A stretch of 64,000 bases of DNA from Candidatus Roizmanbacteria bacterium RIFCSPHIGHO2_12_FULL_37_23. Lineage in GTDB: Bacteria > Patescibacteriota > Microgenomatia > UBA1406 > HO2-37-13b. Positions 1-7,402 of the stretch are shown here, piece after piece (the first letter of the stretch is position 1; every line of letters starts with the position of its first letter). The stretch spans positions 185 to 64,184 of the forward strand of contig MFZX01000009.1 in NCBI GenBank assembly GCA_001788095.1, read 5' to 3'. The notes under the pieces are model-generated. The model did not search any database. It saw only the letters and a list, made by a program, of their open reading frames with translations, and had not been told where the DNA came from. Position numbers and translations under genes: made by a program.

Positions 1-208
1 ATATGATTATTCTGTCAGGTAAAACGAAACTATAGTTGTTTCCTCGTTTTGTTTGAGGAATACCCTGATAAAAACCGAGGAGTTTCCCCCCGGGAGAATC
101 CCCTTCTTCAAGAATGAATTCTACATTATCAATGTCATTTTTTATCTGAATTGGAAGAGATTCTATTGAGTCGATAATAATCTGTTCAAATTCATCACGG
201 GTTATCAT
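1..208 (-). CDS. zincin-like metallopeptidase family protein (DUF1025-like); N-terminal part only, gene runs off the window start
   Basis: Not in the ORF track because it is truncated. Hand translation of the reverse strand from ATG at 208..206 gives MITRDEFEQIIIDSIESLPIQIKNDIDNVEFILEEGDSPGGKLLGFYQGIPQTKRGNNYSFVLPDRIII. This fits the family N-terminal pattern (LLGxYxGxPxTxR...LPDRI). Confidence 0.6.
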   Translation of the reverse strand, partial: MITRDEFEQIIIDSIESLPIQIKNDIDNVEFILEEGDSPGGKLLGFYQGIPQTKRGNNYSFVLPDRIII

Positions 209-219
209 ATGGGATCGCG

Positions 220-291
220 TCGGGGTGCCGGGAATTGAACCCGGTGCCTCTCGGTCCCGAACCGAGCGTTCTGCCGATGAACTACACCCCG
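220..291 (-). tRNA. tRNA-Pro (anticodon CGG)
   Basis: Reverse complement CGGGGTGTAGTTCATCGGCAGAACGCTCGGTTCGGGACCGAGAGGCACCGGGTTCAATTCCCGGCACCCCGA folds as a cloverleaf. Acceptor is CGGGGTG/CACCCCG, anticodon stem CTCGG/CCGAG, loop TTCGGGA, T-arm CCGGG-TTCAATT-CCCGG. No encoded CCA. Confidence 0.9.
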
Positions 292-292
292 T

Positions 293-838
293 TTATTGCT
301 TCCCAATAGCTGGCTTGTTTTCGATTGTTTGTCTTCTTCTTTTTTTTCGGGCAAAAAGACCACCTCTTTGCTCTTTTCCTTGTGGTTCCTCTGTTTGCAT
401 TGATGCTTTTCTTTTTTCCTCCTTGTGCTGGATTTTTTGAAGCTCTTCTTCCTCTTCTTTTTTCTTACGCTGGACCTCTTCGTGTTTTCTTTCTCCAATC
501 GCTTCTCGTTCCTCTCGTCTGAGTAGTTCAAACTGTCTCTTGATTGCAACTTGAGGATTTTCATCCACATGTTCTGCCAGCTTTCTTCTTACTTCATCGA
601 GTTCAGGCTTTTCCTTATTTTTAAAATGTTCTCCCATTGCCTCACGCATATTTTCATTAAATGGTGTGTAATTTTGTTGTTTTTTCTCTGGAGAATTTTT
701 AATTTCTTGACCTGTCATTTGTCCAATAATCTCTCGAGAAAGTACTGTGAAATTTTGTTTTACACTCTCGACACTTCTCATTCGCAGGGTCTCCAAGGAC
801 TCAATAGTTTTTTGTTTAATCTTCTGTTTAATAGCCAT
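293..838 (-). CDS. hypothetical Lys/Glu/Arg-rich protein
   Basis: 181-aa ORF with a low-complexity charged C-terminal half (RKKKEEEEELQKIQHKEEKRK). No motif recognised. The overlapping opposite-strand ORFs look like low-complexity artefacts. Confidence 0.5.
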   Translation of the reverse strand: MAIKQKIKQKTIESLETLRMRSVESVKQNFTVLSREIIGQMTGQEIKNSPEKKQQNYTPFNENMREAMGEHFKNKEKPELDEVRRKLAEHVDENPQVAIKRQFELLRREEREAIGERKHEEVQRKKKEEEEELQKIQHKEEKRKASMQTEEPQGKEQRGGLFARKKRRRQTIENKPAIGKQ

Positions 839-848
839 ATCTCAAAAA

Positions 849-1157
849 TTAAATCCCCATCATCGCCTTGCCTCTTTCTGACATCATATCTATATTCCAA
901 GGAGGATCAAAAACCAATTCAATAGAGATTTTTTTGATTTCTTTAAGAGAATTTACTTTATTTTTAATTTCAGTCTCAATTAAAGTAAATAAAGGACATC
1001 CTAGTGTTGTAAGAGTCATGGTTATATCGATGTTCCCGTTTTTTTCCTTTACCTTATAAATAAGTCCTAGGTCAACGATTGAAATTGAAAGTTCGGGATC
1101 ATGAACTTTTTCCAATTTTTCCCAAACCTTTTTTTCCAGAGGACTTTTCTTAGCCAC
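849..1157 (-). CDS. DUF59/MIP18-family Fe-S cluster assembly protein (SufT/PaaD-like)
   Basis: 102 aa. Family pattern VxDPELxISIVDLGLIY...TLTTLGCP...V...VFDPPW. Confidence 0.75.
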   Translation of the reverse strand: MAKKSPLEKKVWEKLEKVHDPELSISIVDLGLIYKVKEKNGNIDITMTLTTLGCPLFTLIETEIKNKVNSLKEIKKISIELVFDPPWNIDMMSERGKAMMGI

Positions 1158-1193
1158 ACCTTATTATAGCAAGATCGCTTGATCTCGTATCGG

Positions 1194-1244
1194 CCTAATA
1201 CCTAATACGTAATACCTAATACGTAATACCTAATACGTAATACG
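1194..1244. repeat. tandem 14-bp repeat CCTAATACGTAATA (about 3.5 copies) in a divergent intergenic region
   Basis: Direct reading: cctaata cctaatacgtaata cctaatacgtaata cctaatacgtaatacg, ending at the first ATG of the rnj ORF. Confidence 0.9.
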
Positions 1245-1262
1245 ATGCTGTATACTAATACT

Positions 1263-2918
1263 ATGTCTAACTTCAGAGTCCGTTTTATACCCTTAGGCGG
1301 AATTGTTGGTGTTACAAAAAATATGTATGTATATGAATTATACAAGGGTGACAAACTTCAAGATATTATCATTATCGACTGTGGTATAGGTTTTCCTCGA
1401 GAACAAGAATTTGGTGTTGATCATGAAATTCCTGATATCACATATCTTCGAGACAAAACTAAGTTTATTCGTGCCGTTCTTTTTTCCCATGGCCATGAGG
1501 ATCATATAAGTGCATTACGTTTCCATTATGAGGACCTTGGCAAACCTCCTGTTTATGCTAGTAAACTCACAGCGGTGTTTGTTAAAAATAAATTTGATGA
1601 GTTCAGAATCCCAGTAAGAATAAATGATGTTGATTTTACAAAAACATATACCTTAGGTTCATTTGAAGCCAAATTTATCCGTATGACACATTCAATCCCA
1701 GACACAACACACATACTGCTTAAAAGCCCTGTTGGAGCCTTTTATCATGGAAGTGATTATAAGATAGATCTTACTCCTCCGTTTGGACCATCCCCAGATC
1801 TATACGAAATTGCAAAAGCAGGAAAAGATGGAGTTTTATGCCTCTTTTCAGATTGTTTAGGATCTGACCGTGAAGGATTTACGCTTTCAGAGAAGGTTGT
1901 TGGTAAGACGTTTGAGGATGAAATTCGTACTACAAAAGGTAAATTTATTATGACAACCTTTGCTAGTAATATCTCGCGAGTACGACAGTGTGCTGAGGCA
2001 GGAATGAAATTTAATAGAAAGATTTGCCTATTGGGAAGATCTATGAGGGAAAACTCACGAAGCGCGCGTAAAATCGGTTATTTTCCAATCCCTGAAAAGT
2101 TTATGGTAGATGAAAGACAAGTAAACAAGCTCCGACCGAATCAAATATGTATTATTGCAACAGGCTCTCAGGGGCAATTTGGATCTGCACTTTCACGACT
2201 TGCTACAGATCAGCACAAATACATTCGTATTGAAAAGGATGACAAAGTTGTTTTTTCATCAGACCCTATACCTGGGAATGAAGAAGAGGTATACGATATC
2301 ATAGAACGCTTATATGTGCTGGGGGCTGATGTCAGATATTCGGATATTCACGAACAGCTTCATGCGTCTGGTCACGGAAGTCAGGAAGATATGAAAATTC
2401 TTATACGATTACTTAATGCGCGATATGTTATTCCAATAGGAGGGACAATCCGACATCAAAGATTATATTCCCAGCTTGCGCAGACAATGGGATATAAAGA
2501 TGATCAAATTTATCTATTAAATGAGGGTGATACAGTTTGGTTTGAACAAGGGAAGGCTAAGCGAGGAGAGCAAATTAATACAAAAAATATCTATGTTGAT
2601 GCATACGGAGTCGGAGATATAGGAGATACTATTCTTCGGGACCGTATGACACTCTCTAAGGAAGGAATCGTACTTGTTATATTAAAAGTAGATTCTCATA
2701 ATCGTATTGTCGGTTTACCTGAGTTTATCTCTCGAGGATTTATTTACAGTAAAGGAAAACAAGAAATATTTAATCAAGCTGCACAAGAAATTCAAAACAT
2801 GTACAAAGACGTAAAAAAAATTCCGCTAAGAAGAGATATAATTTCCCGATTAGAAAAATACTTTGTTAAAAAGACTAATAAGGAGCCTCTCGTAAGTCTT
2901 CAGATTGTTCGAGTTTAA
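1263..2918 (+). CDS. rnj: ribonuclease J (beta-CASP metallo-beta-lactamase RNase)
   Basis: The 557-aa ORF carries the HGHEDH motif and beta-CASP layout; N-terminus is MSNFRVRFIPLGGIVGVTKNMYVYE. I prefer the ATG at 1263, which is preceded by TATACT plus 6 nt. The track start at 1245 is an alternative. Confidence 0.9.
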   Translation: MSNFRVRFIPLGGIVGVTKNMYVYELYKGDKLQDIIIIDCGIGFPREQEFGVDHEIPDITYLRDKTKFIRAVLFSHGHEDHISALRFHYEDLGKPPVYASKLTAVFVKNKFDEFRIPVRINDVDFTKTYTLGSFEAKFIRMTHSIPDTTHILLKSPVGAFYHGSDYKIDLTPPFGPSPDLYEIAKAGKDGVLCLFSDCLGSDREGFTLSEKVVGKTFEDEIRTTKGKFIMTTFASNISRVRQCAEAGMKFNRKICLLGRSMRENSRSARKIGYFPIPEKFMVDERQVNKLRPNQICIIATGSQGQFGSALSRLATDQHKYIRIEKDDKVVFSSDPIPGNEEEVYDIIERLYVLGADVRYSDIHEQLHASGHGSQEDMKILIRLLNARYVIPIGGTIRHQRLYSQLAQTMGYKDDQIYLLNEGDTVWFEQGKAKRGEQINTKNIYVDAYGVGDIGDTILRDRMTLSKEGIVLVILKVDSHNRIVGLPEFISRGFIYSKGKQEIFNQAAQEIQNMYKDVKKIPLRRDIISRLEKYFVKKTNKEPLVSLQIVRV

Positions 2919-3535
2919 AAATCTTTTCTTCCCTCCAATGATCGTTTAAGCGTCATGTAGTCAGCGTATTCAAGATCTCCTCCTATAGGAAGACCATATG
3001 CTAGACGAGTTATTTTGACATGATTCAACTCTCCGTCAAATGTATCAGTGAGTTGTTTTTTGATGTACATTGCAGTTGCTTCACCTTCAGTATTAGGATT
3101 CGTCGCAAGTATAATTTCTTGTATTTTATTCTTTTCCTTCTTTATTCGATGGATAAACTGCGGAATATAAATATCATCCGGGCCAATATAATTCAGTGGA
3201 TCGATTCGACCGTGTAAAACGTGATATACGCCTTGATAATGATGTCCAGTTTCAAAAGATAGAAGATCAAGAACGTCTTCAACAACTGCAACAACTGAAT
3301 TATCGCGTTGCGTATCCTGACATATTGAACACAACTCCGTCTCAGAAAGATGGAAACAGCGCTTGCAGTACATGAGATTTATTTTTAACTGACTGATATG
3401 TTTACTAATCTCTTCGAGTTCTTGCTGGGGCATGCGCAAGAGATAAAATCCCAGCCTCTTCGCCGTTTTAGGACCAATCCCCGGTAATTTCTCAAAAAAA
3501 TCAATAGTTTTCTGTAGGTCTTTGGGAATATTCAT
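2915..3535 (-). CDS. recR: recombination protein RecR
   Basis: HhH motif GIGPKTAKRL, C4 zinc finger CKRCFHLSETELCSIC, and a Toprim-like C-terminal half. Sits in the canonical dnaX-ybaB-recR order. Confidence 0.95.
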   Translation of the reverse strand: MNIPKDLQKTIDFFEKLPGIGPKTAKRLGFYLLRMPQQELEEISKHISQLKINLMYCKRCFHLSETELCSICQDTQRDNSVVAVVEDVLDLLSFETGHHYQGVYHVLHGRIDPLNYIGPDDIYIPQFIHRIKKEKNKIQEIILATNPNTEGEATAMYIKKQLTDTFDGELNHVKITRLAYGLPIGGDLEYADYMTLKRSLEGRKDF

Positions 3536-3540
3536 GCGCT

Positions 3541-3615
3541 TTACGTGTTACGTATTATGTATAACGTATTAAGTATTATACGTATCGTCCTAATACATCA
3601 TACCTAATACCTAGG
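3541..3615. repeat. intergenic cluster of ACGTATTA / CCTAATAC motifs, related to and partly inverted relative to the 1194..1244 repeat
   Basis: ttacgtgttacgtattatgtataacgtattaagtattatacgtatcgtcctaatacatcatacctaatacctagg. GTATTA-type copies are followed by CCTAATAC-type copies, giving an imperfect palindrome. Confidence 0.7.
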
Positions 3616-3617
3616 AC

Positions 3618-4562
3618 TCATGTCAAATATCGTAGTTCATCTGCAAGTAGTGGTGCAATAGAGGTTTCCTCAAGTTTTTTAAATCGTTGTTGCGGGAATA
3701 GAGCGATAGTATCAGTTGTAAAGATTCTTATAAAATTCGATGATTCAAGTTTTTCCTCAGCACCATGAGCAAAATCATGATGAGTAATAGCAGCATATAC
3801 TCCTTTTACATCGTATTCAGATAACAAAAAATCAACTGCTGAAATAAGAGTTGATCCAGAAACGATCATGTCATCGACTATAATTACATGTTTTCCTTTT
3901 ACATCACCATAAAGCCCGAATGATTTTACCTTATTAAGTACATCTTGATTACGTTTTTTCTCAACGACACTGAGAGGAAAGCTCGTGGTTCCAAAAAAAG
4001 CTTCACCAAAATTCCTACTGAGCTCAATAGCACCTTGGTCTGGAGCTAAAATAGCAATATTTTCAGGTGTTAGAGTGGTAATCTTCTTTTTTACAAAGTA
4101 TTTCTTTACTTGGTGAGCTAGTAATGGAGCAGCAAAAATATGTTTAAAGGGAATTGAGAAGGCTCCTTCAGTTGCTTCATTATGTAAATCAACAGTATAA
4201 ATTTTATTAAAACCAATGGACTCGAGAAATCGTATAACAACATTTGCTGAAACGCACTCACCTTCTCTGTGTTGAATATCTTGTCGTGCATACCCAAACC
4301 ATGGAATGACACCTATCACTTTACGTGCTTCCTGCCTTTTTAATGCATCACAAAAAAAGAAAAGTTCCATCAAGCGAGTGTCAGTAGGATTCGATGTTGA
4401 TTGGATGACAACACATATTTCATTTTTTACGTCTTCCTCGATGCGAACACGCACTTCTGAGTTGTCAAATCGAACAATTTCAGCCTTTGAAAGAGTTAGT
4501 CCGAGCTTCTGAGCCACTTTTTTTGACAATTCGATATTTGAACTTCCCGAAAAGAGCTTCAT
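3618..4562 (-). CDS. prs: ribose-phosphate pyrophosphokinase
   Basis: 314 aa. N-terminus MKLFSGSSNxxLSKKVA, GYARQD motif, and PRPP-binding loop VIIVDDMIVSGSTL. Confidence 0.95.
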   Translation of the reverse strand: MKLFSGSSNIELSKKVAQKLGLTLSKAEIVRFDNSEVRVRIEEDVKNEICVVIQSTSNPTDTRLMELFFFCDALKRQEARKVIGVIPWFGYARQDIQHREGECVSANVVIRFLESIGFNKIYTVDLHNEATEGAFSIPFKHIFAAPLLAHQVKKYFVKKKITTLTPENIAILAPDQGAIELSRNFGEAFFGTTSFPLSVVEKKRNQDVLNKVKSFGLYGDVKGKHVIIVDDMIVSGSTLISAVDFLLSEYDVKGVYAAITHHDFAHGAEEKLESSNFIRIFTTDTIALFPQQRFKKLEETSIAPLLADELRYLT

Positions 4563-4564
4563 AA

Positions 4565-4825
4565 TTATTCGGATTGTGTCATTTCGATTAATTTTCTTGC
4601 TGCTAGTTCTTGAGTTTTTTTAACAGCTTCATTGATTGCATCTGCAATTCTATTATCTAAAACTCCATCAATTTCAATTTCCTTAACCTGTTGATCACCT
4701 CTTAATACAACTCGAATACCATCTTTTTCTACAATAACTTCTTCTTGTTGAAGAGCCTGCTGCATCTGTTGGGCTTGCTGCTGCATTTTTCGTAAGTCTC
4801 CTAATCCTTTAAGTGGGTTTATCAT
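4565..4825 (-). CDS. YbaB/EbfC family nucleoid-associated protein
   Basis: 86 aa with a Gln-rich N-terminus (MQQQAQQMQQALQQ). Located between dnaX and recR. Confidence 0.85.
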   Translation of the reverse strand: MINPLKGLGDLRKMQQQAQQMQQALQQEEVIVEKDGIRVVLRGDQQVKEIEIDGVLDNRIADAINEAVKKTQELAARKLIEMTQSE

Positions 4826-4848
4826 ATATACACCTCCTTAAAAATTAC

Positions 4849-5895
4849 TCAATTTAAGTCATTTTCTTCTCCCAGATATTCAATAACAGCAATCTCAAGT
4901 GGCAGTGCTTCAATCGGTGAAAATTTTAATTGATTATATGCCTTTTGAAATAATTGTATTAATCGAGCGATGTCTTTAATCCTAAAATTATACTCAGTTT
5001 GAGGATGAACTTCAATTCTATTTTTTATCAAGAGTTGTTGATGAAGAGATTGAAGAAGTGATTCGATAAGAAGTTTGAAATCCGTTCCGTGCTCTGCAGA
5101 ATTTTCAAGCCATTTTAAAGCTTCTACAGCATTTTTTTTGCTTAAAAAATCTAAGAGATCTCCCTTTACCCATGAATGTCCAAGGATTTTTTTAATTCCA
5201 TCTAAGTTGGTATCATTTTGGATAACTGCAAGCTCAAGGATCTTCGCTGCATCTCTAAAAGATCCATCAGCTGAATCAGCAATGTATGTTTTTGATTCAT
5301 GTGTGAGTTTAATTTTTTCGGATGTACTAATTCTATCAAGCATTGAAATTATATCTTCCCTTTTTGCTTTTGAAAAATTGATTTGAATACATCGAGATAT
5401 TATAGTTTTTGGTAGTTTACCTGCTTCTGTTGTTGCGAGTATAAACACAGTTGATTCCGGAGGTTCTTCAAGACTTTTCAAAAGTGCATTAAATGCCTCT
5501 TTTGTCAGCATATGAACTTCATCAATAATATAAATTTTATAACGCGACGTTAAAGGCATAAATTTTAGGTCCGAAATTAACAGTCTAATATCATCTATTT
5601 TTCTGTTTGATGCCGCATCCATTTCTATGACATCGGGAGAAATTCCTTTGGTTATAGCGCTCACGTTTTTATCTGTTAATGATGGCGTAAGTGTTTTCAG
5701 TTTCTTAATATTTTCTTCGCAATTCAAAACCTTTGCAAGGATACGCGCTGTCGAGGTTTTGCCTGTACCTTTTGGTCCAGTAAATAAAAAAGCGTGGGGA
5801 ATATTGGAAGCCTTTAAAATAGCAATCAGTTGATCGCGAACGGATTTTGAATCGAGTTCCTTAATACTTTGTGGCCGATATTTAAGGTAAAACAC
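4849..5895 (-). CDS. dnaX: DNA polymerase III subunit gamma/tau (short form)
   Basis: YRPQ start region, Walker A GPKGTGKTS, Walker B IIDEVHML, LLKSLEEPP, and SRC motif. GTG start in the track. Confidence 0.9.
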   Translation of the reverse strand: MFYLKYRPQSIKELDSKSVRDQLIAILKASNIPHAFLFTGPKGTGKTSTARILAKVLNCEENIKKLKTLTPSLTDKNVSAITKGISPDVIEMDAASNRKIDDIRLLISDLKFMPLTSRYKIYIIDEVHMLTKEAFNALLKSLEEPPESTVFILATTEAGKLPKTIISRCIQINFSKAKREDIISMLDRISTSEKIKLTHESKTYIADSADGSFRDAAKILELAVIQNDTNLDGIKKILGHSWVKGDLLDFLSKKNAVEALKWLENSAEHGTDFKLLIESLLQSLHQQLLIKNRIEVHPQTEYNFRIKDIARLIQLFQKAYNQLKFSPIEALPLEIAVIEYLGEENDLN

Positions 5896-5926
5896 GTATT
5901 ATTTACTAATTTCTAATTCTTTTACT

Positions 5927-6262
5927 TCAACTTACAATATTGTCTATACCATGCGTTAATAGTTGCATGATAGTTTCATCAACTCCTCTATCTCTTTCTG
6001 CAGCAAGTAGTATTGCCTGTGGATAACAGATAAAGATTTCTCCAAGCAATTCATTCTCTCCATACCTAAAAGATAAAACAGGAAGAGCTTCGTTTTCACT
6101 TTTAAAATCTTGTGCAATTTTTTTCATCTTTCTCGTTCCAATAAAAACAATATTTACCACCATATCGTGGTTTACGCGTTGTCTTTGAAGGTACGATTCA
6201 GCAGCTTGCACAATGCTAGAACGGTCAATTTTATACCGTGAGGTGGTAAATACTTTCACCAT
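5927..6262 (-). CDS. YbeY-like protein, C-terminally short and lacking the HxxxHxxxxxH zinc motif
   Basis: 111 aa. It aligns by eye to the YbeY core (VNIVFIG..LPVLSFRY..LLGEIFIC...) but ends at THGIDNIVS-stop, where YbeY has HGxLHLxGYDH. Confidence 0.55.
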   Translation of the reverse strand: MVKVFTTSRYKIDRSSIVQAAESYLQRQRVNHDMVVNIVFIGTRKMKKIAQDFKSENEALPVLSFRYGENELLGEIFICYPQAILLAAERDRGVDETIMQLLTHGIDNIVS

Positions 6263-6263
6263 A

Positions 6264-6461
6264 TTACCTGGAAAATCTCTTTTTTTGCATGGCTTTTCTT
6301 TTGAGCTTATCCTTCATTTTCTCCTTTTTTAAGAGCGATGGTTTTAGATAGTATTTTTTCTTATTTACATCAAATGCAATATTTTCTTCTTTCGTGATCT
6401 TAGTGAATCGTTTCAAGAGAGTGTCTGTATTTTCGCCTCTTTTCTTCTTGACCACAACCAT
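6264..6461 (-). CDS. rpsU: 30S ribosomal protein S21
   Basis: 65-aa basic protein with LLKRFTK...YYLKPSLLKKEK...RK. Strong SD AAAGGAGGTG upstream. Confidence 0.85.
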   Translation of the reverse strand: MVVVKKKRGENTDTLLKRFTKITKEENIAFDVNKKKYYLKPSLLKKEKMKDKLKRKAMQKKRFSR

Positions 6462-6518
6462 CCTAAGTACACCTCCTTTAAGGAATGTAAACGAACTATT
6501 AAATCGAGATTACAAGTT

Positions 6519-6547
6519 ATTATATTGCTTGAGTGCTTAAAAAACAA
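6519..6547 (-). promoter_or_regulatory. sigma70-like promoter for rpsU (TTGTTT-N17-TATAAT)
   Basis: Minus strand: TTGTTT at 6547..6542, 17-nt spacer, TATAAT at 6524..6519. This leaves about a 50-nt leader containing the SD. Confidence 0.45.
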
Positions 6548-6557
6548 GAAGTCAGTG

Positions 6558-7397
6558 TCATGTAATATGTTTTGTTATCTCAATAATTCTGTTAAGGGAG
6601 AGCTTTGTTGCTTTGAAATTTCTATTTTTTGAGGAAATATTTAACAACATTTTTCCTGATGGATGATAATACCAGGTTGCTATGTCATCTTCCTTTGTAA
6701 GCAAAGCATGGAGTTTATTAAGATTCTTTTTTGACTTTGGATGAAGCTTTATCCGCACGTGTCCATGTTGCTTTGATTTACGAATTGCCATCTCAAATCC
6801 TCTTTTAGCAGCGAGTTGCAAGATTTCATCATTTTCGGTTTCAACAGCTAGTGTTTTTCCCCAATAGGAAGTATATGAATGGCCTTGTGTGTCTATGATT
6901 TCCTCAGCGTGGATTTTATTTTTTAGATTAATTAATACTCCATCTAAGAGCGGTTCGCATACACGCATGACTTCCCCATCATCCTGAAGTTTGATACGGA
7001 GTCCTGCAATAGCTGATTTAAGAGAAAAATCGTGCATGTCGTCATTTGGTTCATCCAAAAAGACTTCTCGGAAGTGATCGTATCGGTTTATAACATCAAC
7101 AAGACGTTGAAGAGCTGGGATGTCGCTATTTTTTAAGTGTTTTTTGTACGATAGATATTCGAAAACCAACGTAGCAGCACATGTATCTTCATTCCCCTGG
7201 TGATGATCAAATCTTCCGAAACCAGTATCAACATGTATGATATTTGTATCCGTATCAACAGGAGCTTTGTGTAGTGTCTCACCTGCAGGAACAAATTTGA
7301 AAACTGCCTCTTTCCATCCAGGCAAAAATTGGTGAATAAGCCAAACTGAAGTTATTGCGTCAATGTCAGGCGAGGTATGAGTTACAATAGTTTTCAT
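6558..7397 (-). CDS. DHH-family phosphoesterase-like protein
   Basis: 279 aa with N-terminal HTSPDIDA (DxD), HVDTG, and FDHHQ (DHH) motifs. No DHHA1-like C-terminus recognised. Confidence 0.5.
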   Translation of the reverse strand: MKTIVTHTSPDIDAITSVWLIHQFLPGWKEAVFKFVPAGETLHKAPVDTDTNIIHVDTGFGRFDHHQGNEDTCAATLVFEYLSYKKHLKNSDIPALQRLVDVINRYDHFREVFLDEPNDDMHDFSLKSAIAGLRIKLQDDGEVMRVCEPLLDGVLINLKNKIHAEEIIDTQGHSYTSYWGKTLAVETENDEILQLAAKRGFEMAIRKSKQHGHVRIKLHPKSKKNLNKLHALLTKEDDIATWYYHPSGKMLLNISSKNRNFKATKLSLNRIIEITKHIT

Positions 7398-7402
7398 GTA
7401 TA

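Noticed and set aside
205-925. Overlapping ORFs 205..570(-), 225..440(+), 325..522(+) and 551..925(+)
   Set aside because: These are low-complexity translations of the Lys/Glu-rich gene region in other frames, and two of them run through the tRNA-Pro gene. Only the 293..838 frame gives a plausible protein bounded by neighbouring features.
1194-1244. CRISPR-like array
   Set aside because: The 14-bp units are directly abutting with no spacers, there are only about 3.5 copies, and no cas genes are in the window. It is a simple tandem repeat.
4118-4512. Nested ORFs inside prs (4118..4312 minus, 4306..4512 plus), and similar nested ORFs inside other long genes (for example 9400..9615, 14636..14851, 21121..21324)
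   Set aside because: They are fully contained within well-supported genes in other frames, and no motifs were recognised. They are typical six-frame noise.
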